64,000 bases of DNA from Pseudomonadota bacterium (GTDB lineage Bacteria; Myxococcota; JACRCW01; JAFGSX01), in the NCBI GenBank assembly GCA_043821645.1, contig JBDRCO010000003.1:32001-96000 (forward strand), in the 5' to 3' direction. The translations under genes were made by a program, and so were the position numbers. The notes beneath the pieces were generated by a model, which saw nothing but the letters and a program-made list of their open reading frames with translations, was not told the DNA's origin and searched no databases. Shown in pieces: positions 9,221-20,227 of the stretch. Each line of letters begins with the position of its first letter. The first letter of the stretch is position 1.

Positions 9221-10192
9221 GTGGATGAAGGCGCGTTCCATGTTCCTGTGCTGCTCGACGAGCTGGTGCAGGGGCTCCGGCTGCGGCCGGATTCGCGCGT
9301 CATCGATGCCACGGTGGGTGGGGCAGGGCACAGTTTGGCGATCGCCCGCGCTCTGGGACCATCGGGCAGACTGCTGTGCATCGACCAGGACCGCGAAGCC
9401 CTCGACCAAGCTGGCCAGCGGCTGCGCGATTGCGCGCCGGCCGTCACCCTGGTCCACAGTAATTTCGGGAGCATCGGCGATGTGGCCCGGGCCAATGGGC
9501 TGCCCCAGTGCGATGCCATCGTCGCCGATCTGGGGGTGTCGTCGCACCAGCTCGACAGTGTCGAGCGCGGATTCTCTTTCATGCACGATGCGCCGCTGGA
9601 CATGCGAATGGATCGCGACGGCGGAACCCCGGTGTTCGAGCTCCTGCAGCGCCTCGGCGAGGCGGAACTGTCAAAAATCATCAGGGATTACGGTGAGGAA
9701 GCGGGTGCTCGGCGTATCGCTCGCGCCATCAAGCAGGACAATCCTCAGACCACGGGCGAGCTGGCGCGACTGGTCGAGAGCGTGCTCGGAGGCCGTCGTG
9801 GCCGCCGAATCCACCCTGCCACCAAGACTTTTCAAGCGCTGCGCATGGCGGCCAATGACGAGCTCGACGCACTGCGCCGCCTGCTCCAGGACGCGCCGGA
9901 CCTGCTGGCCGTCCGCGGCCGCCTGGCCATCATCAGCTTTCACAGCCTCGAGGACAGGATGGTCAAGCGCGCCTTTGCCGAGCGCGCGCGGACCTGCACC
10001 TGCCCACCCGAGGCGCCCCTGTGCACCTGCGGCGCGGACCCAGAGTTCGAGCTGGTGTCGCGCAAGGCGCTTCGGCCAGCGGACGCCGAGGCCGCAGCCA
10101 ATCCTCGAGCGCGATCGGCCAAGCTGCGCATCCTTTCGAAACGAGTACGGAAATCATCAAGCCTTGGGGCGCATGGAGTGACGGATCTGTAA
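9221..10192 (+). CDS. rsmH: 16S rRNA m4C1402 methyltransferase
   Basis: HVPVLLDE, DATVGGAGHS, DLGVSSHQLD..RGFSF, SFHSLEDR, NPRARSAKLR. Start uncertain (9206 or 9221). Confidence 0.96.
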   Translation: MDEGAFHVPVLLDELVQGLRLRPDSRVIDATVGGAGHSLAIARALGPSGRLLCIDQDREALDQAGQRLRDCAPAVTLVHSNFGSIGDVARANGLPQCDAIVADLGVSSHQLDSVERGFSFMHDAPLDMRMDRDGGTPVFELLQRLGEAELSKIIRDYGEEAGARRIARAIKQDNPQTTGELARLVESVLGGRRGRRIHPATKTFQALRMAANDELDALRRLLQDAPDLLAVRGRLAIISFHSLEDRMVKRAFAERARTCTCPPEAPLCTCGADPEFELVSRKALRPADAEAAANPRARSAKLRILSKRVRKSSSLGAHGVTDL

Positions 10193-10193
10193 C

Positions 10194-10571
10194 ATGCCTG
10201 CTACAGATGCCATACGTCAGCCGACTGCACGGCGCAGGATGCGGGAGCAGGGCGCCCGGCGCGCTGTGACGAGCCCCGATCTCCAGGCCGCCTCGTCCGG
10301 GGCGCGAGCGGGCTTTGGCACCTACGTGCTTGCCATGATTCTGATCGCGGCGAGCCTGGTGTTCTACGTTTTCCTGCGTGTGAGCAGCCTCCAGCTGGGC
10401 TACCAGCTGTCCCAGGCGCGTACCGATCAACTCAAGCTTGTTCAAGAAAATCGGGCACTCAAGACAGAAATCGGGACCCTGTCCGCACCCGGACGGATTC
10501 GTTCGCTGTCGACCGGCACGCTGGGCATGGTTCCTGCCGAGCACATCATCGATCTCTCGGAGGTGCGATGA
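10194..10571 (+). CDS. ftsL: Cell division protein FtsL
   Basis: Single TM helix then coiled coil (QENRALKTEIGTL); lies between rsmH and ftsI. Confidence 0.85.
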   Translation: MPATDAIRQPTARRRMREQGARRAVTSPDLQAASSGARAGFGTYVLAMILIAASLVFYVFLRVSSLQLGYQLSQARTDQLKLVQENRALKTEIGTLSAPGRIRSLSTGTLGMVPAEHIIDLSEVR

Positions 10572-12559
10572 TGCGAAAGCCTGCCAGTCCCATGCGGACC
10601 CTGCGAACTGGACGGGTGTGGGTGGTTGGTCTTCTGCTGAGCAGTGGCTTTGCACTGGTGGCTGCGCGCACGGTGCAGGTTCAGCTACTGCATGGCACCC
10701 GCCTGCGAGGCCTGGCAGAAGAGCAATACCTCAAGGAAATCGAGATCACCGCGCCTCGAGGCAACATCTACGACCGGACCGGGCGGACCCTGGCCGTGTC
10801 AGTGGCCGTCGAATCCGTGTACGTGGACCCACGCCGCTTTGACCAGGCCAAACTGCCCGTGCTGGCCAGTACCCTCGGTCTGAAAGTGCGCGAGATAGAG
10901 AAGCGGCTCAAGGGGCGCAAGACCTTTGCCTGGATACAGCGTCAGGTACCCCCGCAGCGAGCCCAGGGGCTGCGTGCGCTCAAACTCGCGGGCGTTTATT
11001 TCACCACCGAATCCAAGCGCTACTATCCCAACCGCGACATGGCCGGCCACGTGCTGGGCTTCGTGGGACTGGATGGCAAGGGCCTCGCAGGGGTGGAGCT
11101 GCAGAACGACGAGGCCATGCGCGGTCGCACCATGGACGTCGGCGTGCTGCGCGATGCCCGCGGCACGCCGCTGTCTACAGGTAACGTGCTGCCCGTGCTG
11201 ACCCTGGAGGGAGACCACCTGCACCTGACCCTGGACGCGGCGGTGCAGCAGCTGACCGAGGAGGTCCTGGCGCGCACCGTGGCGGAGTATCAGGCTGCGG
11301 CGGGCATGGTCGTGGTGCTGGAGCCGGCCACTGGCGCCTTGCTGGCGATGGCTGCGGTCCCCGAGTTCAACCCCAACGATCCGGGCAAGGCCAAGGCCGC
11401 CGCACGTCGCAATCGCATCGTCACCGACGTGTTTGAGCCCGGTTCGACGCTCAAGCCGCTGGTGGTGGCGGCAGCACTGGAAAAGGGCGCAGTCAAGGCC
11501 AACGAGCGCGTGTACTGCGAGAAGGGCTCGGTCGCGGTGGGGCGGCATGTCATTCGCGACACCCATTCTTACGAATGGCTCGATGTCGGGGATGTGATAG
11601 CAAAATCTAGCAATATCGGCACCTTGAAGATCGGGACCAGCCTTGGCGCGGAGAACCTGCACGCCGCATTGACAGCCCTGGGATTCGGTCAGCGCAGCGG
11701 TATTGGCTTGCCTGGCGAGGTGTCCGGGATGCTGGCCCCCGCCAGGCAGTGGTCGCGCGCACGCCTGGCGACGGTGTCGTTTGGTCAGGGCATAGGGGTC
11801 ACCGCTCTGCAACTCGCCGCGGGCATGGCCACCATCGCCAGCGGTGGCGAGTGGAAGGCTCCCTATCTGGTCGACCACATCACGGCGCCGGACGGCACGG
11901 TGCGCTGGCAACATCCGGCACCTGAGCCGCGCCGTGTCTTCAGTAACGAGACGGCTCGCGCCATGACAGGGATGATGGAGCGCGTGGTGGCGAAGGGTGG
12001 GACCGGGGAGCGCGCCGCCATCGAGGGGATACGCGTCGCCGGCAAGACTGGCACCGCGCAGAAGGTCGATGTGGTCAGCGGCGGCTACTCCGCGGACAAG
12101 CGCATCTCCTCTTTCATCGGCTTCGCACCTGCGGAGCGCCCGCGCGTCCTCGTGCTGGTGGTCATCGACGAGCCCCAGGGTTCGACCTACGGCGGCGTGG
12201 TGGCGGCGCCCGCCTTCAGGGAGATCATGCGCGGCACGCTGGCGCACCTCGGCGTGAGCGTGGCTGCGAGCCCGCTGCTGGCCGTGGCCGAGCCCATCAT
12301 GCCCACGACGGATGAGGTGGCGGGGGCCATCGCCATCAGTGATCAGACCTCGGCCCTGCCCACGGCTGGATCCGGCCTGTCGTTGATGCCGGATCTGCGC
12401 GGCATGGATCTTCGGCGCGCGGCGACCTCGGCCCTGGCCACCGGACGTGAGCTCGAGGTGCATGGACAGGGGCGCGTGGTCGAGCAGGACCCGGCCGCGG
12501 GGGCAGCGCTGAACGAGGTCGAGGTGATCCGGCTCCATCTGCGGGAGGGGCAGGGCTGA
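10568..12559 (+). CDS. ftsI: Class B PBP (PBP3) with C-terminal PASTA domain
   Basis: RGNIYDR, EPGSTLK (SxxK), KSSN, GKTGTAQK, PASTA-like MPDLRGM. Confidence 0.95.
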   Translation: MMRKPASPMRTLRTGRVWVVGLLLSSGFALVAARTVQVQLLHGTRLRGLAEEQYLKEIEITAPRGNIYDRTGRTLAVSVAVESVYVDPRRFDQAKLPVLASTLGLKVREIEKRLKGRKTFAWIQRQVPPQRAQGLRALKLAGVYFTTESKRYYPNRDMAGHVLGFVGLDGKGLAGVELQNDEAMRGRTMDVGVLRDARGTPLSTGNVLPVLTLEGDHLHLTLDAAVQQLTEEVLARTVAEYQAAAGMVVVLEPATGALLAMAAVPEFNPNDPGKAKAAARRNRIVTDVFEPGSTLKPLVVAAALEKGAVKANERVYCEKGSVAVGRHVIRDTHSYEWLDVGDVIAKSSNIGTLKIGTSLGAENLHAALTALGFGQRSGIGLPGEVSGMLAPARQWSRARLATVSFGQGIGVTALQLAAGMATIASGGEWKAPYLVDHITAPDGTVRWQHPAPEPRRVFSNETARAMTGMMERVVAKGGTGERAAIEGIRVAGKTGTAQKVDVVSGGYSADKRISSFIGFAPAERPRVLVLVVIDEPQGSTYGGVVAAPAFREIMRGTLAHLGVSVAASPLLAVAEPIMPTTDEVAGAIAISDQTSALPTAGSGLSLMPDLRGMDLRRAATSALATGRELEVHGQGRVVEQDPAAGAALNEVEVIRLHLREGQG

Positions 12560-14046
12560 TGAGCACCTCGATGCACCAGCTCTGCCAGCGCCTCGGCGTG
12601 CAGCCCGCAGGTGTGGACGTGGAAATCTCCCGCGTCGAACTCGACTCGCGGCGGGTGGGACCAGGTGTGCTGTTCGTGGCCTGTCGCGGCGCCACGGCCA
12701 GCTCTGCTGACGGACACGACTTCATCGACGCGGCGATCGCGGCGGGTGCCTCGGCGGTGCTGGCCGAGCACCTGGTGCGGACGCCTGCGGTGGCGCACGC
12801 GGTGGTCTCAGACAGCCGCCGGGCGCTGGCCATCCTGGCCGAGGAACTGGCTGGCAATCCCTCTCACAGCCTCCGGCTGGCCGGGATCACGGGCACCAAC
12901 GGCAAGACCACGGTCGTGCACATGACCGCGGCGGCCCTGGAGTCCGCGGGCACGCCCTGCGCGAGCCTGGGCACGCTGGGGCTCGAGTTCGCCGGGGAGC
13001 ACACCGCGTGGCTGCACACCACACCCGAGGCCACGGAGCTGTCAGGTGCCCTGGCTCGTCTGCGTCAGCGTGGTGCCCGGGCCGTGGCCATGGAGGTGTC
13101 GAGCCATGCGCTGAGCCTGAAGCGGGTCGAGGGCCTGCACTTCGCGGTGGCGGCCTTTACCAACCTGTCGCAGGACCACCTGGATTTCCACGGCGACATG
13201 GCGAGCTACTTCGACGCCAAGCGTCGCCTGTTCGACGAGCTGCTTCCGGCTGACGCCCGCGCCGTGTGCTGCGTGGACGATGCCGCGGGCCGCGAGCTGG
13301 CCGAGAGCCTGCGTTCCCGTGCCCTGCGCGTGGGCACCGGTGACCAGCCGGAGCTGGACCTGGCCGTGCGCGAGGCTCGCCTGACGCCGCACGGCACAGA
13401 GGTCACGCTGCGCGTCGGTGGCACCAGCTTGCAGGCGCTGTTGCCCCAGGTCGGGCGCTTCAACCTGGCCAATGCCCTGGTCGCCCTGGGCGTCGCGCAC
13501 GCGCTCGAGCAACCCCTGGCGGCCGCGCTGGACGGCATCGCGCGCTGTCCGCAGGTCCCTGGGCGTCTCGAACAGCTCGCGGTGGCCGGATGCCCGCGGG
13601 TCTTCGTGGACTACTCGCACACGCCCCAGGCCCTGGAGCTGGCCCTGGCCACCTTGCAGGAACTGTCCGGCGGCCGGGTGGTGGTGGTGTTTGGCTGCGG
13701 CGGTGAGCGCGATGCAGGCAAGCGTCCGCTCATGGGACGCATCGCCGCCAGTGGTGCGGATGCGGTGGTCATCACCGACGACAATCCGCGACGCGAGGAC
13801 CCTCAGCAGATCACCGCCGCGATCCTCGAGGGTGCGCGCTCGGTGCAGACCCCGCGGGCCGGCCACATCGAGATCGAGCGCGACAGGCAGCGAGCCATCG
13901 CCAGGGCCATTGCCCTGGCGGCGGTCGACGACATCGTGCTGATCGCAGGCAAGGGACACGAGGACTATCAGGAAGTGGCTGGCCAGCGCCGGCATTTCAA
14001 TGACCGCGAGGTCGCGCTCGAGATCCTCGAGGGGAGGGCGGCATGA
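12559..14046 (+). CDS. murE: UDP-MurNAc-dipeptide--meso-DAP ligase
   Basis: GITGTNGKTT, MEVSSH, FTNLSQDHLDFH, DNPR (DAP-specific), AGKGHE. Confidence 0.96.
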   Translation: MSTSMHQLCQRLGVQPAGVDVEISRVELDSRRVGPGVLFVACRGATASSADGHDFIDAAIAAGASAVLAEHLVRTPAVAHAVVSDSRRALAILAEELAGNPSHSLRLAGITGTNGKTTVVHMTAAALESAGTPCASLGTLGLEFAGEHTAWLHTTPEATELSGALARLRQRGARAVAMEVSSHALSLKRVEGLHFAVAAFTNLSQDHLDFHGDMASYFDAKRRLFDELLPADARAVCCVDDAAGRELAESLRSRALRVGTGDQPELDLAVREARLTPHGTEVTLRVGGTSLQALLPQVGRFNLANALVALGVAHALEQPLAAALDGIARCPQVPGRLEQLAVAGCPRVFVDYSHTPQALELALATLQELSGGRVVVVFGCGGERDAGKRPLMGRIAASGADAVVITDDNPRREDPQQITAAILEGARSVQTPRAGHIEIERDRQRAIARAIALAAVDDIVLIAGKGHEDYQEVAGQRRHFNDREVALEILEGRAA

Positions 14047-15440
14047 CCTTCACCTCGGACTTCGTGCTGCGCGCCACCGGCGGCCGCCTCGTCGGATCCG
14101 GCTTCGTGGCCCGGCGCGTGGACAAGGACAGCCGGGTCGCGCTCGACGACACCCTGTACGTGGCGCTGGCGGGCGATCGCTTCGACGGTCACGACTTCGT
14201 GCGCCAGGCGCGCGAGGCTGGTGCGGTGGCGGCGCTGGTGGATGCCGCCCATGCCAGGTCGCTGTCGGATCCGGGGTACCCGCTGGTGGTGGTCGAGGAT
14301 ACCGGGCGCGCCCTGCTCGACCTGGCACACGCCCACCTGCAGCGCATGCCTGCTCGGCGGGTGGCGCTGACCGGATCCAACGGCAAAACCACGACGAAGG
14401 AAATGATCGCCGCCGTCTGCCGTGCCAGCGTCGGCGACGAGCGGGTGCTGGCGACCCAGGGCAACCTCAACAACCTCATCGGAATGCCCCTGACGGCACT
14501 GGCGGTCGGGCCCGATCACGCCATCGCCGTGCTGGAGATGGGCATGAACCATCCCGGTGAGATCGCGGCCATGGCTGCCGCCGCCCGGCCCCAGGTGGGA
14601 CTGATCACCAACATCGCCCCAGCTCACCTCGAGGGTCTCGGCAACCTCGAGGGTGTGGCCCGGGCCAAGGGTGAACTGTTTGCGGCCCTCGGATCCGACG
14701 CAGTGGCCGTGGTTCACGCCGATGATGCGAACTGTCTGCGCATGGCCGAGGGCTGCCGCGCCCGCCAGCTTCGCTTCGGTTCGGCCGCGGGCTGCGAGGT
14801 CCGCCTGCGCTCCAGCACCCCCGACGAACAGGGGCAGACGCTGGTGCTCGAGCTGGCGGGTGTCGAGCATGCGCTGCACCTGTCGCACGAGGGCGCCCAC
14901 AACGCCCGCAACGCGGCCGCCGCCGCCGCCGTGGGGCTGGCCCTCGAGGTCCCGGTTGCGCACATCGTCGAGGGCCTGGTCCGCGCCCCGGTGGTCGCAG
15001 GACGCCTGCGCATGCATCGGGTGCGCGACGCCCTGATCATCGACGACACCTACAACGCCAATCCCGCCTCGATGAAGGCGGCCATTGACGTTGCGGTCCA
15101 GCGCGCCCGCGGTCACCGCCTGCTGCTGGTGCTGGGCGAGATGCGCGAACTCGGTGCGTTCGCGGGGGATCTGCATGCCGAGCTCGGGGCGCACGCGGCG
15201 ACCGCTGCGCCGGCGCGCGCGTGGTTCTGTGGAGCCTTCGCCGAGGACTACCGGCGAGGCGCCCAGCAGGGGGGCCTGGATCCGGCCACGATCACCGTCG
15301 CGGGCGACGCGGGTGAGATCGCGGCGGAGGTGGTTGCCAATCTGGCGGCCGGTGACGTGGTGCTGGTCAAGGGCTCGCGCGGGGCCCGGACCGAGCGCGT
15401 CGTGCAGGCCATGACCGGACAGCTGGACGGGGTGCACTGA
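14043..15440 (+). CDS. murF: UDP-MurNAc-tripeptide--D-Ala-D-Ala ligase
   Basis: TGSNGKTTTKE, GNLNNLIG, EMGMNHPGEI, DDTYNANP, KGSRG. Confidence 0.96.
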   Translation: MTFTSDFVLRATGGRLVGSGFVARRVDKDSRVALDDTLYVALAGDRFDGHDFVRQAREAGAVAALVDAAHARSLSDPGYPLVVVEDTGRALLDLAHAHLQRMPARRVALTGSNGKTTTKEMIAAVCRASVGDERVLATQGNLNNLIGMPLTALAVGPDHAIAVLEMGMNHPGEIAAMAAAARPQVGLITNIAPAHLEGLGNLEGVARAKGELFAALGSDAVAVVHADDANCLRMAEGCRARQLRFGSAAGCEVRLRSSTPDEQGQTLVLELAGVEHALHLSHEGAHNARNAAAAAAVGLALEVPVAHIVEGLVRAPVVAGRLRMHRVRDALIIDDTYNANPASMKAAIDVAVQRARGHRLLLVLGEMRELGAFAGDLHAELGAHAATAAPARAWFCGAFAEDYRRGAQQGGLDPATITVAGDAGEIAAEVVANLAAGDVVLVKGSRGARTERVVQAMTGQLDGVH

Positions 15441-16567
15441 TGCTGTACCACCTGCTGGTGCCGCTGGCGGACTCGTTCTCGTTCCTCAATGTGTTTCGCT
15501 ACGCGACCTTTCGCATCGTGATGGCGGCGCTCACCGCGCTGGTGGCGACCCTGGTGCTGTACCCGGGTTTCATCCGGGCCCTGCAGCGCTTGCAGTGGGG
15601 CCAGTCCATTCGCGAGGACGGACCCGAGAGCCATTTGCAGAAGAAGGGCACCCCCACCATGGGCGGCGCCTTGCTGCTGGGTACCGTGTTCCTGTCGGTG
15701 GGTCTGTGGGCAGACCTGACCAACACATCGCTGTGGATGGTGAGCCTGGTGACTGCGGGCTACGGCGCCCTGGGCTTCGTCGACGACTATCGCAAGATCC
15801 GTCAGCGCAATTCCAAGGGTGTGTCGGCCAAGGGCAAGCTGCTGTGGCAGTTCCTCATCGCCGGCGTGGCCGTGGGTCTGCTGCTGTACGTGTTCAAGTT
15901 CGACAACACGCGCGTGGCAGTGCCCTTTTTGAGCACCGATCGCTACTACCCGACGCTGCCCCTGATCGTGTACCTGGGCTTCGCGGTCTTCGTGGTGGTG
16001 GTGACCTCGAACGCCGTCAACCTGACCGACGGTCTCGACGGGCTGGCCATCGGTCCCACCATCGTTTCTGCGTTCGTGTTCATGCTGCTGGCCTACGCCG
16101 CAGGCACCAAGCTCGGCATCGAGGTGAAGCCCGGCGAGTTTCAGTACTTCGACATCGCCCGCTACTTGCGCATCCCTTACCAGGAGGGCGCGCCCGAGCT
16201 CGCGGTGTTCTGCGCAGCCATCATCGGCTCCAGCATCGGCTTCCTGTGGTACAACACCTATCCGGCCAGCGTGTTCATGGGTGACGTCGGCTCGCTGGCT
16301 CTGGGTGGCGCGCTGGGCATGCTCGCCATCGTCACCAAGAACGAGTTTCTATCCGCCATCATCCACGGCGTGTTCGCCATGGAGGCGCTGTCCGTGGTCA
16401 TCCAGGTGACCTCGTTCAAGCTCACAGGCAAGCGCGTGTTCAAGATGTCGCCCATCCACCACCACTTCGAGCTGGCAGGCTGGGCCGAGCCCAAGATCAT
16501 CGTTCGCTTCTGGATCGTCTCGATCATGCTGGCCCTGTTTGCCCTGGCCACACTCAAGCTGAGGTGA
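15440..16567 (+). CDS. mraY: Phospho-MurNAc-pentapeptide transferase
   Basis: KKGTPTMGG, DDY, NAVNLTDGLDGLA, FMGDVGSL, PIHHHFE. Confidence 0.98.
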   Translation: MLYHLLVPLADSFSFLNVFRYATFRIVMAALTALVATLVLYPGFIRALQRLQWGQSIREDGPESHLQKKGTPTMGGALLLGTVFLSVGLWADLTNTSLWMVSLVTAGYGALGFVDDYRKIRQRNSKGVSAKGKLLWQFLIAGVAVGLLLYVFKFDNTRVAVPFLSTDRYYPTLPLIVYLGFAVFVVVVTSNAVNLTDGLDGLAIGPTIVSAFVFMLLAYAAGTKLGIEVKPGEFQYFDIARYLRIPYQEGAPELAVFCAAIIGSSIGFLWYNTYPASVFMGDVGSLALGGALGMLAIVTKNEFLSAIIHGVFAMEALSVVIQVTSFKLTGKRVFKMSPIHHHFELAGWAEPKIIVRFWIVSIMLALFALATLKLR

Positions 16568-17982
16568 CGACGTCGATGCCGTTCCCGGTGCCAGATTCCC
16601 GACGTGTGCGCGCCGCCCTCGACCAGGTCGACGGGAAGGCCGTGGTCGTCGTGGGAGCGGGCAAGAGCGGTGTGGCGGCTGCCCGTCTGCTGGCCACGCG
16701 CGGCGCTCGCGTCTGCATCGTCGACGACAAGCCGCAGGCGGCCCTGGCGGAGACCGCGGACAGTTTGCAGGCCCTGGGTATCGCCGTGCACGGAGGCGGC
16801 TTTGCGGCGCTGGATCTGACCGCTGCGCAGTTCGCGGTGGTGAGCCCGGGCGTCCCGCTGGTAAGGCCCGAGCTGCGCCAGGCCCTGGATGCCGGTGCGT
16901 TGCTGGTGAGCGAGATCGACGTGGCCCTGCACCGCCTCGGCCTGCCCGTGGTGGCCATCACCGGCACCAATGGCAAGTCCACCACCACGACGTTGGTGGG
17001 TTCCCTGCTCGAGGCCGGCGGACGCAAGCCCTTTGTCGGCGGTAACCTGGGCGAGCCCCTGTGCCTGGCGGCCATGGCGCCAGGAACCTGGCACAGCGCG
17101 GTGATCGAGCTGTCCAGCTACCAGCTGGAGCTGGCCAGCTTGCTCGAGCCCCAGGTTGCGGTGATCACCAACCTGGCGCCGGACCACCTGGACCGCTACC
17201 CCGACGTCGGCAGCTACTACGCCGCCAAGCACCAGGTGTTTGCGAACCTGCCTGCGGACGGGGTCGTGGTTGCCCGCGAGCGCGAACTTCACGACGGCAC
17301 CCTGCGCGTTCCTGCCTCGGCGCGCCTGCTTCGCTATGGCGCCACGATCGACGGCGACGGTGCCGCGATCAGCGCACAGCGAATCCAGGTGACCTTGCAG
17401 GGGATCAGCCACACTTTTGACATCAGCAACCCGCGCATCCGCGGCGCCCACAACCGGGAAAACCTCGCCGCTGCCGTCCTGGCCGCTCTGGCCTTCGGTC
17501 TCGAGGCTCCTGCCATTCGCGAGGGCATCCGTCTCTACGCGGGCATCCGACATCGGCTGGAGGACGTGGCATCCGTCGACGGCGTGCTCTACGTCAACGA
17601 CTCCAAGGGCACCAACGTCGACGCCACGGTGAAGGCCGTGGAGGCCTTCGAGCAGCCGCTGCTGCTCATTGCCGGTGGTCGCGACAAGGGCACCGGGTAT
17701 GCGGACCTGGCACAGGCCGCGCGCGGTCGCGTCCGCGTTCTCCTCACCATCGGCGAGGCAGGTCCTGCCATCGCCGAGGCCCTGCGTGGAATGGTCGACG
17801 AGGTGGTGGATGCAGGCACCCTGGGCCAGGCCCTGGAGCAGGCCAGGACGCGTGCACGCCAGGACGAGGTCGTGCTGCTCTCTCCGGCCTGCGCCTCCTT
17901 CGACCAGTTCAAGAACTTCGAGGAGCGCGGGAGCCGCTTCGTCGAGCTGGTGCAGGCCATGGCCCGAGGGAGTGCCTCATGA
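16564..17982 (+). CDS. murD: UDP-MurNAc-L-Ala--D-Glu ligase
   Basis: GAGKSG, SPG, TGTNGKSTT, ELSSYQLE, NDSKGTN, SPACASFDQF. Confidence 0.97.
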   Translation: MTTSMPFPVPDSRRVRAALDQVDGKAVVVVGAGKSGVAAARLLATRGARVCIVDDKPQAALAETADSLQALGIAVHGGGFAALDLTAAQFAVVSPGVPLVRPELRQALDAGALLVSEIDVALHRLGLPVVAITGTNGKSTTTTLVGSLLEAGGRKPFVGGNLGEPLCLAAMAPGTWHSAVIELSSYQLELASLLEPQVAVITNLAPDHLDRYPDVGSYYAAKHQVFANLPADGVVVARERELHDGTLRVPASARLLRYGATIDGDGAAISAQRIQVTLQGISHTFDISNPRIRGAHNRENLAAAVLAALAFGLEAPAIREGIRLYAGIRHRLEDVASVDGVLYVNDSKGTNVDATVKAVEAFEQPLLLIAGGRDKGTGYADLAQAARGRVRVLLTIGEAGPAIAEALRGMVDEVVDAGTLGQALEQARTRARQDEVVLLSPACASFDQFKNFEERGSRFVELVQAMARGSAS

Positions 17983-19124
17983 ACAGCCGTCGCATCAACC
18001 TCGCCACGCTGCTGCCGACCCTGCTGTTGATCGGCTTCGGCGTGGTCATGGTCTACAGCGCCTCGGCGGTGTTCGCGGCCACCAAGCTGCATGATGCGAC
18101 CTACTTTTTGGTGCGCCAGGCTGCCTTCGCGGTGGTGGGCGTGGCCGTGCTGTACGTCACCTGGCGCATGGACTTCCGGCTGGTGCGGCGCTTCGCTCTG
18201 CCGCTGGGTATCGCTGTGCTGGCGCTGCTGGTCGCTGTCCTGCTACCGGGCATCGGCCGTGCGGGTGGTGGGGCGATGCGCTGGATTCCGCTGGGGCCCG
18301 TGGCGCTGCAGCCTGGCGAGCTGGCCAAGCCGGTGCTGGTGGTGCTGCTGGCCGGCTTGGTGGCACGTCGACGCGAGCGCGAGCTCGAGGGCGAGGACAC
18401 GGGGCCGCTGTGGCCCATGCTGCTGGTCCCGGGCGTGATGATGGGCCTGCTGCTGCTCGAGCCCGACTTCGGCAGCGCCGTGGTCCTGGGTGTGCTCACC
18501 GTCGTCATGCTGTTCGTGGGCGGCGCCCGGGTGAGCTACCTGCTGCTGGCGGTCCTGGCCTCGCTGCCTGTGGTCTACCACCTGATCGCGTCGTCGCCAT
18601 ACCGCATGCGACGCCTGATGTCCTTTCTCGATCCGTGGAGCCACCGCCAGGACATCGGCTACCAGGTCTCGGAATCCCTGATCAGCATTGGCTCGGGTGG
18701 CGTGTCTGGCCTGGGTATTGGCGACGGTCGACAGAAGCTGTTCTTCTTGCCCGCGGCCCACACCGACTTCATCTTCAGCATCATTGGCGAGGAACTCGGC
18801 CTGATCGGCGCGATCCTGGTGATCGCCAGCTTCGCCTGCATCGTCATTGCTGGCATTCGTGTCACGCTGCGCGCGCGCACGGTGTTCGGCGCCTACCTGG
18901 CGCTCGGCCTGACCTCGCTGGTCGGGCTGCAGGCGATCACCAACATGGCCGTGACCCTGGGCCTGGCCCCCACCAAGGGCCTGACCCTGCCCCTCATCAG
19001 CTACGGCGGCTCGTCGCTGGTGGCCACCTGCTTCGCCCTGGGCTTGTTGCTCAGCGTCGATGCCACCGACCATGGTGGGGAGGTGTCGCGGACCAGGGCC
19101 ACGGCCCCGGGAGGCGCCAGGTGA
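17979..19124 (+). CDS. ftsW: SEDS peptidoglycan glycosyltransferase FtsW
   Basis: MVYSAS, QPGELAK, EPDFG, HTDFIFSIIGEELG, PTKGLTLPLISYGGSS. Confidence 0.96.
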   Translation: MNSRRINLATLLPTLLLIGFGVVMVYSASAVFAATKLHDATYFLVRQAAFAVVGVAVLYVTWRMDFRLVRRFALPLGIAVLALLVAVLLPGIGRAGGGAMRWIPLGPVALQPGELAKPVLVVLLAGLVARRRERELEGEDTGPLWPMLLVPGVMMGLLLLEPDFGSAVVLGVLTVVMLFVGGARVSYLLLAVLASLPVVYHLIASSPYRMRRLMSFLDPWSHRQDIGYQVSESLISIGSGGVSGLGIGDGRQKLFFLPAAHTDFIFSIIGEELGLIGAILVIASFACIVIAGIRVTLRARTVFGAYLALGLTSLVGLQAITNMAVTLGLAPTKGLTLPLISYGGSSLVATCFALGLLLSVDATDHGGEVSRTRATAPGGAR

Positions 19125-20227
19125 GCCTGCGTCTCCTCATCGCCGGTGGTGGCACCGGTGGCCACGTGTTCCCGGCCCTGGCCGTGGCGGAGGCGCTGCG
19201 TGCCCGCAAGGACGGATCGCAGGTGCTTTTTGTCGGCACCGAGCGCGGCTTCGAAGCCAGGGCCGTGCCCGCGGCGGGTTTCGACATCGCCTTCATTCGC
19301 ATCTCGGGTCTCAAGCGCGTCGGATTGCTGGGCACCGTGCGCACGCTGCTCCGCTTGCCCCTGTCCCTGCTGTCGTCGTGGTCCATCCTGAGCCGATTCC
19401 AGCCGCAGGCCGTGCTCGGTGTGGGCGGCTACGCCTCGGGGCCGGTGCTACTGGCCGCCTGGCTGAAGCGCCTGCCCTCGGCGGTGGCCGAGCAGAACTC
19501 GGTGCCTGGATTCACCAACCGCGTCCTCGGCAAGCTGGTGCGCGCGGTGTTCGGATCCTTCGAGCACAGCGCACGCTACTTCGACGCCAGGCGCTTTCGT
19601 GTGGTGGGCAATCCGGTGCGTGCGGCCCTGGCGGAACAGGCCCGGGAGGAACGGCCCGCCGCGGCCACCGACACGGTGCGGGTGCTGGTGCTCGGCGGGA
19701 GCCAGGGCGCCCGGCCACTCAACGAGAAGCTGCCGCAGGGCTTTGCCCTGGCGATGCAGCGGGGCTTGAAGCTGGAGATCACCCACCAGGCTGGCGAGGC
19801 CGACGCCGAGCGGGCGCGCCAGGTCTATGCCGGACAGGGCGTGCCGGCGACGGTGCACAGCTTCATCGACGACATGGCGGCGGCCTATGGCGCCGCGGAT
19901 CTGGTGGTGGGACGCGCCGGCGCCACGACCTGCGCCGAGCTCACCGCCCTGGGGATTCCCTCGATCCTGATCCCCTTTCCGCAGGCTGCTGACGACCACC
20001 AGACCCTCAACGCCCGCGCCCTGGCGGACGCGGGAGCCGCCGTGGTGATCCCCCAGCACGAACTCGACGCGGAGAGTCTGAGCACGGCCCTGCATGCGCT
20101 GTGCGGCGACGGGGCAGGCCGCCTCGGGCAGATGCGCGAGGCGGCACGATCGCTCGGTCGCCCCGAGGCAGCACACCAACTGGTCGACGCGCTGTGCGCA
20201 CTGGCCCGAGGAGACAAGCCGTGGTGA
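19121..20227 (+). CDS. murG: Lipid I GlcNAc transferase MurG
   Basis: [35 protein letters not shown] start overlaps the ftsW stop. Confidence 0.97.
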   Translation: MSLRLLIAGGGTGGHVFPALAVAEALRARKDGSQVLFVGTERGFEARAVPAAGFDIAFIRISGLKRVGLLGTVRTLLRLPLSLLSSWSILSRFQPQAVLGVGGYASGPVLLAAWLKRLPSAVAEQNSVPGFTNRVLGKLVRAVFGSFEHSARYFDARRFRVVGNPVRAALAEQAREERPAAATDTVRVLVLGGSQGARPLNEKLPQGFALAMQRGLKLEITHQAGEADAERARQVYAGQGVPATVHSFIDDMAAAYGAADLVVGRAGATTCAELTALGIPSILIPFPQAADDHQTLNARALADAGAAVVIPQHELDAESLSTALHALCGDGAGRLGQMREAARSLGRPEAAHQLVDALCALARGDKPW